A DNA stretch of 64,000 nucleotides, from positions 28,046-92,045 of the forward strand of contig JAXHMW010000001.1 of assembly GCA_034521065.1 (NCBI GenBank). Direction: 5' to 3'. The notes under the pieces are model-generated. The model had not been told where the DNA came from. It saw nothing but the letters and a program-made list of their open reading frames with translations, and did not search any database. Source of the DNA: Planctomycetota bacterium (GTDB lineage: Bacteria > Planctomycetota > B143-G9). Positions within the stretch are counted from its first letter, which is position 1. Each line of letters starts with the position of its first letter. Below, in pieces: positions 11,201 to 19,604 of the stretch. The position numbers and the translations under genes are program-made.

Positions 11201-12569
11201 CGACAAGAAGGGAGAGCAGTACCTGTCGCTTGCAGTTTACGAGTTCCTGACAGGCCTCTTCGAGCTGGCGGACAAGGACATAGAACATGCCCGAAAGTTC
11301 AAAGCCGATCCCACCATTTACGGCATTCTTAAGAACAATTTCGGTGATGTGGTGAAGGAGCGATTCGCGTTGAAGACACTGCAGCGCCTGCGCACCGCCC
11401 GCAAGAACGAGGACTGGGAAGCCGTGGAGAGACTCGCCAAGGAGCTTTTGGGCAAGTTCTCTGCCACAAATGCCGTTTTGCCATATCTTGATACCATAAG
11501 GCTCGCAAGGTCGCAAGCCTCCCTCAATTTGACCGGAATCAAGCGGTTTTTCAACGCTCCCGTTTCCATGGACGCCAGGGGGCTGACGCAGTTCACCTAT
11601 GACCTTTCCAACAAGCACCAGATGAAGGATTTCGGTTACATGCCCGAAAAGTGGTCACTCGAAAACGGCAAGATTGTGCAAAGCGAGGACTTCGGCCTCG
11701 GCTACGGTCTGCATCATCCTGCCTTCTTCAAGGACCGATGCGAAGTGGAGTTCACCTACTCCAACGAAAAGTCCAACTCGCTTTTCGTGTACATGTGCGG
11801 GGTGTGGATCGGCCTCAACGCCCATAACTCCACCGCAGACGCTCTGAACGAGCTGCCGCGTGACAAGACCTACAAGGCGTTTTACGGCAACGACATCGAG
11901 TTCGGAATGGTTGCAGGCGATACCTACCGCATGCGCTACGTGGTCCGTGACGGAAAGGTTTCCGTGTTCGCGAACGACAAGCTCGTTTTCGAGAAGCACG
12001 TTACTACGAAAGCCTCAGGCGTTGAGATCCGCGATCTCGGTTTCGCTCAGATCTCCGAACTCGTAATCCGTGGCAAGATTGACGAGCAGTGGCTCGCAAC
12101 AATTGCAGAACTGAACGCCAGGATAGAGGCGGGAGAACTTACCCGCGGCCTCACCCGCATAGCCTACGGAACGCTGAATTTCTCGCGCAGACTCGGAGAC
12201 GAGGTAGTAAGCGAAGTTAACGATCATTTCGCGGTCGGGCCTTCCAAGCGTCTGCGCAAGCCGACTTGGTCCGCGAAGTACAAGGGATTCCTCATGGTTC
12301 CCGAACGCGGCGAGTACAAGCTTTATATCCGAACTACCGCCCGGACCTCTGTTCGTGTGAACGGAAAACGCGTTCACGACAACACGAGCACAGGCGGCGT
12401 GCCGGACAGCTTCCTCACCATCACCTTGCAGCTCGAAGCAGGGCTTAACGAGTTCGAGTTCTCCGTCGCCAACGACGACATTCCGGATCAGACCATCTGG
12501 CTCGGTTTCGGCTTTGAGACCGACTCCAAGGGCTCGCTCCCGCCAATCATGCTCTACACCGAACCTTAG
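8238..12569 (+). CDS. Giant multidomain signalling protein: N-terminal ECF-type sigma factor domain (sigma2 + sigma4 HTH), a T2SE_N-like helical domain (GspE N-terminal-like), a Ser/Thr protein kinase, one transmembrane helix, and a large extracytoplasmic region ending in a PA14-like domain
   Basis: The N-terminus LAIEKTLNGEAEAFADIVMRHRMAVMRLC...VHNLLINHAAQVI matches the ECF sigma2 pattern. HQKLVMGLKAFEGRSYNNIAKLSGIDPKKIQTIVEDFRKSI matches the sigma4 helix-turn-helix. Kinase motifs are GKGGMGVVYRA, VAVK, HRDIKPDNIML, DLGLA and GTPHYLSPEQ. The transmembrane helix is LVIGIVAFLVITLTGMYFLF. The C-terminal GFLMVPERGEYKLYIRTTARTSVRVNGKRVHDN...LQLEAGLNEFEFSV is PA14-like. The ORF is 1443 aa with no frameshift. 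Confidence 0.8.
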   Translation: MKTIDELAIEKTLNGEAEAFADIVMRHRMAVMRLCLFACGEYETASRMLRRTFLAFANHMVSHRNQGDVHNLLINHAAQVISSWEKRGSRRVGKIENLRNNLEQAFYFPSEELERLKNTSMAELQKSFVNVAVALGKYPVHQKLVMGLKAFEGRSYNNIAKLSGIDPKKIQTIVEDFRKSILGGYKTDDDEEAELEQMLGLFVDNELAPIKAARLQEELKQNDRLRKRMSEFIQLRDRLTSAFAYFAPPDDIVEQIIKGMPDPKRLLSVPRFGEIATAMGFVEQEAIEAALKEQRKLKARGHDELLGSILVERGSMDKKTVQRVLEVQGEQGKPETLADCEIVEQVGKGGMGVVYRAHQQSMGRDVAVKVLYPKLAKDEKFVESFLTEGKAVAHLAHPNVVTGIDVGEHQGFIYLIMEFVDGPTLREWLGEHEVMDESTALDMAIQVSAALDYAYKNNFIHRDIKPDNIMLDRNGVAKVCDLGLAISGEQDLFDEDGVVGTPHYLSPEQARGERNLDTRSDIYSFGATLYHVLTGSTPYSGEDSREIMEKHAFSDIQPPSERNPDISEAFESIIMKMMARDRDLRYPTPGDLQRDLELLKAGKRPVAYQEKLILEGKLDPKMLFHADRTPQLVIGIVAFLVITLTGMYFLFQESIMPQQETTSSYTPPPTPTPTVLRSGEFFVPSISPEQAKADYEKLEQMAEASEDPYQLAIACGTFIEKYPGTKFIQKVLELRIEAFNAHNKLVEAEIEKRFKKAKELVTHEEYVAALNHMYGLPEHMRASPAFNKVKDKIDEINIAIEDVVFEEVDVSLELAGQEEFTEATDKLKELINKVPPEYVQQISNTLVRIEKEKYFYVISLGKNALTKILSYFIEGEFDQADKLVKKLTTDPAFAEFAPMIEQSKNFFSSIRSVIEHAMKRAKELEGGTVILRLDNGSEVQSRILKVNDDSTLDVIFMAAGEKKTLSISDLSSYCIADLARSSISNLPADKKGEQYLSLAVYEFLTGLFELADKDIEHARKFKADPTIYGILKNNFGDVVKERFALKTLQRLRTARKNEDWEAVERLAKELLGKFSATNAVLPYLDTIRLARSQASLNLTGIKRFFNAPVSMDARGLTQFTYDLSNKHQMKDFGYMPEKWSLENGKIVQSEDFGLGYGLHHPAFFKDRCEVEFTYSNEKSNSLFVYMCGVWIGLNAHNSTADALNELPRDKTYKAFYGNDIEFGMVAGDTYRMRYVVRDGKVSVFANDKLVFEKHVTTKASGVEIRDLGFAQISELVIRGKIDEQWLATIAELNARIEAGELTRGLTRIAYGTLNFSRRLGDEVVSEVNDHFAVGPSKRLRKPTWSAKYKGFLMVPERGEYKLYIRTTARTSVRVNGKRVHDNTSTGGVPDSFLTITLQLEAGLNEFEFSVANDDIPDQTIWLGFGFETDSKGSLPPIMLYTEP

Positions 12570-12577
12570 GGGCGGGT

Positions 12578-12653
12578 TGCATAATACAGTCTTACTGCAA
12601 ACGGCTGCGGCTTTACCTCGCTCGTTTTCGTACGAAATTATTTTTTCGAGATA
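12578..12653 (-). repeat. Intergenic repeat element, copy 3 (compact, inverted orientation), flanked by a 16-bp direct duplication ccttaggggcgggttg (12562-12577 and 12655-12670)
   Basis: Its reverse complement reads ctcgaaaaaataatttcgtacgaaaacgagcgaggtaaagccgcagccgtttgcagtaagactgtattatg. The flanking 16-mer is duplicated exactly and includes the stop codon of the 1443-aa gene. Confidence 0.55.
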
Positions 12654-12795
12654 CCCTTAGGGGCGGGTTGAATGCGGTTCGCGGCGGGTTCTCAAAACTC
12701 AAGAAATTCTGAACGGGGTTCTCCCTTCTCCGAACGGCCTGCGCGGTTCCCTTTTGCGTGGTACAATATCTTAAAAATCATCAGGGAGGATAACT

Positions 12796-13275
12796 TTGGC
12801 AGCGAACATGCCTGAAAAGGGCGCAAAGGCCCCCGATTTCACACTTAAAGACCAGAACGGCGATGAGCACTCGCTCGCCGACTTCGCGGGTAAATGGCTC
12901 GTTCTCTACTTCTACCCCAAAGACAACACCCCCGGCTGTACTACCGAGGCGAAGGACTTCAACGATGCCATGGCCGAAATAGAACGGATGGGTGCGAAGG
13001 TCGTCGGCGTAAGCCCCGACTCCGTGAAGTCGCACTCGAACTTCTGTTCGAAATACGACCTGGACCTGATACTGCTCTCCGACCCGGACAAGCAGGTTCT
13101 CAGCGACTACGGTGCATGGCAGAAGAAAAAGATGTACGGTCGGGAGTACATGGGCGTTCAGCGTAGTACCGTGTTGATCGACCCCGAAGGCAGGGTCGCA
13201 GGGGTCTGGCCCAAGGTTCGCGTCAAGGGACATGTCGAAGAGGTCAGCAAAACCCTCAGTGAACTGGCCGGTTGA
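12796..13275 (+). CDS. bcp: Thiol peroxidase / peroxiredoxin Bcp
   Basis: APDFTLKDQNGDEHSLADFAGKWLVLYFYPKDNTPGCTTEA peroxidatic Cys motif. TTG start with a GGAGG ribosome-binding site 5 nt upstream. Confidence 0.88.
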   Translation: MAANMPEKGAKAPDFTLKDQNGDEHSLADFAGKWLVLYFYPKDNTPGCTTEAKDFNDAMAEIERMGAKVVGVSPDSVKSHSNFCSKYDLDLILLSDPDKQVLSDYGAWQKKKMYGREYMGVQRSTVLIDPEGRVAGVWPKVRVKGHVEEVSKTLSELAG

Positions 13276-13399
13276 TAACCTGGCGGTCGGGCACGAGCCT
13301 CACCGCTCTGAACCGAAACCTACCTGTCCGGTTTGTCAGGGAATGGGAAATCCGGGCAGTTTGACGTAAACAGTCTCTTCTCAGGGGGGAGACGTGAAG

Positions 13400-13432
13400 G
13401 CCGTGGGCATCCGCCCGCGGCCTTTTCTGTTT
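13400..13432 (+). terminator. Rho-independent terminator downstream of bcp
   Basis: ggccgtgggcatccgcccgcggcc followed by TTTTCTGTTT. Confidence 0.55.
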
Positions 13433-13524
13433 AAGAATATGTGTGGGCCTGACATGAAGAGAGGGAGCCAGCTGGCTCCCTCTCTTCGTTTATACCTTAT
13501 CGCCGTTTAAGGCGGGTTCTTGTG

Positions 13525-15374
13525 TCAGTCAATAAATGTGCGCACGAGTGCGCGGATGGGGCTCGTCATTTCTTCGGCTATGTCAGGTGATACGTAGTAG
13601 TAGTACGCTGTAATATCCGCGCCTGTTGCCGAAGAGGCAAGAGAGTTATCGCGCACAGAGCATAGGGTTCGCACGTTCTGTGCTCCCATCGTGCCGAAGG
13701 CCGCCGTGGCCACGAAGCAGCCGCCGCCGCCACCGCCGCCGTCACCGTCGCCGGGAGCGGGGTCGCCCGGTTCGCCGCTACCGTCCTCTACCGCTGATAT
13801 CTTGTATCCGCCCAGTTCCGCATAGGTGCGGGACGGAGTCTGTACGACCTTGATGTAAACGGTCTGGTCGTAGGGAGGGGTGAATGTTACACGCGATTCG
13901 CGGGTGGAGGCGTGGCGGTTGTCGTTGGTGCCGTAAACGGTGTCTCCCGTCCGGTTGTAAACGGTGACCACCGTGTCCGCTCCGTTAACGAGTTCCGATG
14001 TCGATACTGTGTACTGCATGTCGTGGATTACAGCGAGCGAGTACCAGTCCTCGTCGTCCTCGGGGAAGAACGTCGCATTGAGGGTGGTGCCGTCGTCGGT
14101 CAGTGGAGTGGAGTCGAGCCTTCTGTCGTTGTCCTCGAATGCGTCCTCGTAAAAACGCATGTCGAGATGGAAGTTGAAGATAGAGTCCATTGTGACGGCG
14201 TTGCCGTAGCCAAGGTCGAACCACTGGAACCAGAAATCCTCTACCGTAATCTGGTTGTTTGAGGGAAGCGTCTGCAGCGAACGGTAAACATCCCAGACCG
14301 CGTCCTCGCCGGTTTTGCCGCCGCTGAACGAGAATGCGGAATCCCATGTCTCGTTATCGGGGTCGAAGATATCCCACAGCGCGGACTGGACAGCGATCTC
14401 GTCGTTGGCGTGAAGGCCCGGGAAGCCGATTGCGGCAGGAGGCTCGATGTCCCAGTGCGTGGCACCGCTGACGCGGGTATCAATGTAAACCGAGCGGTAC
14501 AGCAACGGATTGCCCGTCAGTTCGCGTTCTGTATAAGTGTTCATCCAGGCCGCGAAGTAGCCGGACCAGGCCTCTGTCCACGCAAGGCGCAGGTCTCTTC
14601 CTCGCCGTAGTGGTAGCCGCCCGGCGAGTCCTCCTGAGTGTAATTGTAGGAGATGAAGTGGCCGTATTCGTGTACGATCACATCGTCGTCGAATTCGTCG
14701 GTGTCGCTCGTTGGGTTGCCTAACAGGTAAATGCTCTGCGAGGTGCTTTCGGTGTAGGTTCCCGTGGTGGATCCTGGCTCCCAGTAAACCGTAACGCGGT
14801 CAGGGAAGGTGCCGCCTTCCATCAGAGCAACCCTTTCCGCCGCTCGGGAGATGCAGAACATGATGTTGAAAGGTCCGCTGTTGTCCTCTGAAACTGTCAG
14901 GGTTGAGGGCGTGTCAATGTCTCCAGCCACACCTGTCCAGTCTCCGGCGGCGTCGGTCACCATCGCTGCTCCCTGAAAAATCACGGGAACGCTTACTCCG
15001 TCCAGTTCCAGCACCCGGACGGGCTGGGTCGAACCGCCGTCGCAGTCGGGATAGACGCGGAGCTGGAAGTCGGAATTCCCGCCGAGCAGCGAGTTGGAAA
15101 CCGTGAAGCTGAAGGTTCCGTCGGCTCCGAGGTTGTCGCTTGAAATCATAATTGCGTCGGTAACCTCGGGCCCGGTCTTGCGGTAAAGCTCTATGCGTGC
15201 GTAGGGAACCGGCAGGTAGCGGGTATCGCCGAAACCGCTCGTGGTCGGAACCTTGTCGGTGTAGCGTACTTCGCCCGAAACTGTGCCCGCTTGTGCGGAG
15301 TTCGCAAATGCCACGAGAACAAGGATGAGGGCGGAGAGTGTCAGCAGTGTATTTCTCATCATCCACCCCCTCAC
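13525..15374 (-). CDS. Secreted zinc metalloprotease (HExxH) with a C-terminal Gly-rich linker and a conserved Cys-containing C-terminal domain (CFVATAAFG...VRD...YYYVSP). Apparent frameshift near 14545-14640 joins ORFs 14541..15374 and 13525..14544
   Basis: Signal peptide LLTLSALILVLVAFANSAQA. HEYGHF zinc-binding motif. The upstream reading frame of the second ORF continues without stops (DLRLAWTEAWSGYFAAWMNTYTEREL), so this is one gene. C-terminal block G8-CFVATAAFGTMGAQNVRTLCSVRDNSL...YYYYVSPDIAEE. Confidence 0.7.
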
Positions 15375-15868
15375 TTTACCTGCACGTTCTGGACGCGCAT
15401 ACGGTGTTGGGGTGCAGGTTTGAAGTCAGGGTTCGCGGGTCTGTGGCCGAACTCCATTTGAGAGTTGTCCACCACTGCTGCTGTGCCGAAGTGAGCACTC
15501 ACCTCGGCCGTGAGCGTCGCCGCGTCTTTGGCGGCCACTGTCGCGGTAAAAGTGCATGTCTGCCCGGCGAGCAGGGAGAAGTAAGGCTCGGGGGCTTCGA
15601 GTACGGTCAGGTCGCCGAATGTTATGAGAGTAAGAGACGCATCGTTGAGGTCGGCCGTGGTGTGAACCGTTATTGTCACATCCTGCACGTCTCCGGCCCG
15701 GTTCGATTTCGTCATCTCGATTGTGAAGGGGCTGTATTTCTTGGCGGAGCGCTCTTGTGCCGCGCCCTGCTCGGCCCTGCCGTGAGGGGTAAAGCCGATT
15801 GCTAACAGCGCCGCCGCCGCCAAGAGTATCGTGTATATCAAGCGCACAAATATGTCCTTTCTCGTCAT
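15371..15868 (-). CDS. Small secreted protein, likely co-transcribed with the downstream metalloprotease (4-nt overlap)
   Basis: Signal peptide MTRKDIFVRLIYTILLAAAALLAIG, then ~135 aa rich in Thr/Ala/Val in a beta-strand-like pattern. The ORF-finder start at 15958 is probably too long. Confidence 0.5.
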   Translation of the reverse strand: MTRKDIFVRLIYTILLAAAALLAIGFTPHGRAEQGAAQERSAKKYSPFTIEMTKSNRAGDVQDVTITVHTTADLNDASLTLITFGDLTVLEAPEPYFSLLAGQTCTFTATVAAKDAATLTAEVSAHFGTAAVVDNSQMEFGHRPANPDFKPAPQHRMRVQNVQVK

Positions 15869-16003
15869 TATACGGTACCGGATTATACATCCTTGAGGGC
15901 ACAAGGCGCAATTCATATTCGATTTTATCAATGAACTCCGAGTTGTCCTTCGCCACATAATAGACGTGCGCGCGGGATGTTCGTTGCAGAAGTGGCTTGC
16001 TAC

Positions 16004-16032
16004 TTGCCCGTGCCCCGAAGTGGCGGTATAAT
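16004..16032 (+). promoter_or_regulatory. Putative sigma70-type promoter for the flavodoxin-rubredoxin gene (-35 TTGCCC, 17-nt spacer, -10 TATAAT)
   Basis: TTGCCC at 16004-16009 and consensus TATAAT at 16027-16032, ~30 nt upstream of the ATG at 16062. Confidence 0.45.
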
Positions 16033-16061
16033 TTCATCCCACTCACAAGGGGCGAAGAAAT

Positions 16062-16928
16062 ATGGAAACATGCCGAATTATGGTAATTTACGATTCCGAC
16101 AAGGGTGCCACACGCACCGTGGCGGAACACGTCGCTAAGGGCGCGGCCAAGATTCGTCACATCAACGTTGAGATGCGTTTCTGCGAGGATGTCGAACTCA
16201 AAGAGATGCTGAAGGCCGACGCGTTCGCGTTCGGAACTCCCAACCACTTGGGCACGATGTCTGCTCGGATGAAGATGTTTTTCCGAAAACTGCAACCGCT
16301 GTGGGAACAGGGTTCCCTCCGTGGCAAACCGGCCTCGGTGTTCACCGCTTCCGGCAAGTTCCATGGCGGAGCCGAGACCTCGATGCTGTCGCTTATGTTC
16401 CCTGTTTTCGCGCACGGCATGCTGCTGGTCGGTCTGCCCACCTTTCCGAGGAGTTACGTGCTGGACGGGTGTTTCCTCGGTGTGAAGGCGTTCGTGGACC
16501 GTTCAAAGGACGACGGCCCGGATGAACCATCTCTCAACGCCGCTCGCGCACTGGGCGAGAGGCTCGCGCGCACGGTCCTCGCGCTCAAGGCCGGACGCAT
16601 GTGTGTCAAGGAGCAAATCGTGGACGAGAAATCGGTTAAACCGACTGTCCCGCCGCTCGATACGGACGACCAGAAGGAACTGGACCGCCTTATGGCAGAC
16701 GGCGATGTGGATGCCTGGCAGTGCAAGAACTGCGGTTACGTCCACAACGGGGATGTACCGCCAGAGATTTGCCCTGTATGCAATCTCGAACAGGCCTCCT
16801 TCACTGCCTACGACGTGGACGCCTGGGAATGCAGGGGCTGCGGTTTCGTGGTTTATTCGCAACGGCCCTCCGAGCCTTGTCCGGTCTGCGGCGAGGATTC
16901 GAAGGCGTTCAATCCTTACAAGGGCTGA
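16062..16928 (+). CDS. WrbA/flavodoxin-like FMN protein fused to two C-terminal rubredoxin-type [Fe(Cys)4] domains
   Basis: Flavodoxin-like N-terminus RIMVIYDSDKGATRTVAEHVAKGA...FGTPNHLGTMSARMKMFF. Two rubredoxin knuckles: WQCKNCGY...CPVC and WECRGCGF...CPVCG. Confidence 0.75.
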   Translation: METCRIMVIYDSDKGATRTVAEHVAKGAAKIRHINVEMRFCEDVELKEMLKADAFAFGTPNHLGTMSARMKMFFRKLQPLWEQGSLRGKPASVFTASGKFHGGAETSMLSLMFPVFAHGMLLVGLPTFPRSYVLDGCFLGVKAFVDRSKDDGPDEPSLNAARALGERLARTVLALKAGRMCVKEQIVDEKSVKPTVPPLDTDDQKELDRLMADGDVDAWQCKNCGYVHNGDVPPEICPVCNLEQASFTAYDVDAWECRGCGFVVYSQRPSEPCPVCGEDSKAFNPYKG

Positions 16929-16931
16929 TGA

Positions 16932-18197
16932 ATGGAACTTCAGGAAGAACTGAGCGATTTTGAGCGACAACTCGCACGGCTCGCGGTTAAGAACAAATTC
17001 GCCTCGGAGCAGGATATCAACCGCTGCGTGGCGATGTTCACTATCCGCCGCGAGGACGACGAGGAGTTGTCTCTCAGTCGCTTCATGGTGGATGAAGGGA
17101 TAGTTGACGAAAAGCAGGCGCGAGCATTGAAGCTGGCCGCCGAAAGGCACGTAAAGGATGCACGTAACGAACAGCACCGTATCGGTGGCTACCAGATTAT
17201 CGGCAAGCTCGGAGAAGGCGGGCTGGGCGTGGTTTATCGCTGTCTCCAGCTCTCGATGGGCCGCGAGGTCGCGCTCAAACTCCTTCACCCGCGGTGGAAT
17301 TTCGACGAGGAGTTCAAGCGCCGATTCCTGCTCGAAGCTCGGCTGCTCGGAAAGCTCAGCCACGAGAACCTCGTACAGGTTTACGACGTCGGCAAGGACA
17401 AGGGGCGATTCTATTTCTCCATGGAACTCGTGCAGGGCAGGTCCATAGAGGAAATTATTGACGAGGAAGGCCCCTTCAGCTCCGACCTCGCCATTGACAT
17501 CGTATATCAGGTCGCAAAGGCCATCGAGTACCTGTGGCAGTACAAGATCGTCCACCGCGACATTAAGCCCGGCAACGTCATGGTGGACGCGAAAGGCAGG
17601 GCCAAGCTCATGGACTTCGGTTTCGTCAAGCCGCGAATCGAGACCATAGAGTCCGAACCGGGTATGGTCCTCGGAACTCCGGACTATATCTCACCCGAAC
17701 AGGCCCAGGGCAAAACTGAAATTGACATCCGAAGCGACTTCTACTCGCTCGGGGCTTCGCTGTACCATATGCTGACCGGCTCGCCCCCGTTCTCGGGTTC
17801 GGGCTCCTCCGTTATGCGACAGCACCTTGTCAAGGGCATTCCGGACCCCTCCAAGGTGAACCCGGACGTGCCGGAGGAACTTTGCGCCCTCGTAAAAAAG
17901 CTCACCGAAAAAGAACCCGCAGACCGACTCCAGGCTCCCGAAGAACTGCTCAACGAGATTTCTCTCATACGAGCCCGGCGTAAGCTGGAGGTCGAAAAGC
18001 TGCCCAGGGGCGGTTCCACGATTGTGCGGGCGCTCAAGACATCACAGAAAAAGGACAAGGATCAGACGGAGACCATCGGCAAGCTTCAGACCGAGGTCAA
18101 GCGTCTGCGGTCGCTCATGTTCATGATTCTCATAGGCGGAGCGATTGCACTGGTCGTGCTCGCCGTACTCGTCGCAATTATGCTGCTGAAAAACTGA
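16932..18197 (+). CDS. Ser/Thr protein kinase with an N-terminal T2SE_N-like helical domain and a C-terminal transmembrane anchor
   Basis: GEGGLGVVYRC, VALK, HRDIKPGNVMV, DFGF, GTPDYISPEQ. C-terminal helix LMFMILIGGAIALVVLAVLVAIMLL. Confidence 0.88.
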   Translation: MELQEELSDFERQLARLAVKNKFASEQDINRCVAMFTIRREDDEELSLSRFMVDEGIVDEKQARALKLAAERHVKDARNEQHRIGGYQIIGKLGEGGLGVVYRCLQLSMGREVALKLLHPRWNFDEEFKRRFLLEARLLGKLSHENLVQVYDVGKDKGRFYFSMELVQGRSIEEIIDEEGPFSSDLAIDIVYQVAKAIEYLWQYKIVHRDIKPGNVMVDAKGRAKLMDFGFVKPRIETIESEPGMVLGTPDYISPEQAQGKTEIDIRSDFYSLGASLYHMLTGSPPFSGSGSSVMRQHLVKGIPDPSKVNPDVPEELCALVKKLTEKEPADRLQAPEELLNEISLIRARRKLEVEKLPRGGSTIVRALKTSQKKDKDQTETIGKLQTEVKRLRSLMFMILIGGAIALVVLAVLVAIMLLKN

Positions 18198-18204
18198 GGA
18201 TTCT

Positions 18205-19593
18205 ATGCAGGACAAAATGGAACTCGAACAACTCAAAGCTTACTATGAAGAACACGGTCAGGGCCACGTTTTCGACCACATCGGCGAACTGGCCGTACCA
18301 GCCCGCTCAGAGTTTCTGAAGCAACTGCGCTCGATAGACCTCGACAAGGTGGACTCGCTCGTCGAGAAGTACCGTACCCGCAAGGAGGAAACCGACCACG
18401 AACTCCGCCCCGCCGAGACTGTAGGCGCGCCAACTAACGACCAGGAGCGTGCCGAGAGGCGCAAGGCGCGCAACCGCGGAGAAGAACTTCTGCGGGCAGG
18501 TAAGGTCGCCGCTTTCCTCGTGGCCGGAGGACAGGGCACCCGCCTCGGGCTGCCCGGCCCCAAGGGAACTTTCCCCATTTATCCCATCACCGGCAAGAGC
18601 CTCTTCGAGGTCTTCGCTCAGAAACTGCTGAACCTGAGAGCTCGATTCGGCAAGCCCGTGCCCCTTTACGTCATGACGAGCCCCGCGAACGACGAGGAGA
18701 CCCGCGCATACTTCATGGCCTTCAATTACTTCGGTCTCGATAAGAAGACGGTGAAATTCATCATGCAGGGCACTCTCCCTTCGGTTGACCTCTGGGGCAA
18801 GCTTGCCCGTGACCAGCCCGGGCACGTATTTGAAAGCCCCAACGGCCATGGCGGAGCGATTGAGGCCATGGCAAAGAACGGCATGGTTCGCGAGCTTCTG
18901 GATGCGGGTTACGAGGAGCTTTTCTACTTTCAGGTTGACAATGTGCTCGCCCGAATATGCGACCCCGTTTTCGTAGGCTTTCACAACATGCGCGAGGCCG
19001 ACCTCAGCACCAAGGTGGTCGAGAAGATTCGCCCGGAAGAGAAGGTCGGAGTGGTCGGTTATATTGACGGCAAGCCGGGCGTAATTGAGTACTCTGAACT
19101 CTCTCAGAAACAGCTTCACGACCGTCGCAAGGACGGGCGTTTGCGCTATAACGCAGGCAACACAGCCATTCACTGCTTCAGCCTTCGCTTCCTCGATAAC
19201 CTGATATCCGGTAACTCGGAGCTTCCCTACCACTTTGCCCTCAAGAAGATGAAGAACATCGATGGCGAAGAAGTGGAGGTAGTGAAGTTCGAGAAGTTCA
19301 TCTTCGACGCAATGAAATTAGCCGGTCGCGTAATGGTGTTCGAGGTTGACCGTGCGCAGGAGTTCTCTCCTCTGAAAAACGCTGTCGGGCCGGACTCGCC
19401 CAACACCGTGAAAGAGGACCTTCAGAACCTCTGGACCGGGTGGCTCGAGGCCGCAGGTGTTGACGTGTCGCGGACCGAAGACGGCGAGCCTCGCGGCTGC
19501 ATCGAGATAAGTCCCACCTTCGCAGACAGCGAACTGGAACTGGTTGACAAACTCCCCGAAGGCTGGGAGTTCTCCGACGGCGCAGTACTGTAG
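18205..19593 (+). CDS. UDP-sugar pyrophosphorylase of the eukaryotic UDPGP family (UAP1/UGP-like; UDP-N-acetylglucosamine or UTP-hexose-1-P uridylyltransferase)
   Basis: VAAFLVAGGQGTRLGLPGPKG nucleotide-binding loop and overall UDPGP architecture; 462 aa, intact. Confidence 0.75.
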   Translation: MQDKMELEQLKAYYEEHGQGHVFDHIGELAVPARSEFLKQLRSIDLDKVDSLVEKYRTRKEETDHELRPAETVGAPTNDQERAERRKARNRGEELLRAGKVAAFLVAGGQGTRLGLPGPKGTFPIYPITGKSLFEVFAQKLLNLRARFGKPVPLYVMTSPANDEETRAYFMAFNYFGLDKKTVKFIMQGTLPSVDLWGKLARDQPGHVFESPNGHGGAIEAMAKNGMVRELLDAGYEELFYFQVDNVLARICDPVFVGFHNMREADLSTKVVEKIRPEEKVGVVGYIDGKPGVIEYSELSQKQLHDRRKDGRLRYNAGNTAIHCFSLRFLDNLISGNSELPYHFALKKMKNIDGEEVEVVKFEKFIFDAMKLAGRVMVFEVDRAQEFSPLKNAVGPDSPNTVKEDLQNLWTGWLEAAGVDVSRTEDGEPRGCIEISPTFADSELELVDKLPEGWEFSDGAVL

Positions 19594-19604
19594 GGGTGCC
19601 TCGA

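Noticed and set aside
16503-17555. 350-aa minus-strand ORF opposite the Ser/Thr kinase. The same applies to 18307..19233 opposite the UDPGP gene, 42675..43946 opposite the histidine kinase, 46436..47053, 39805..40521 and 34982..35830
   Set aside because: All are antisense to well-supported genes and none has a recognisable motif.
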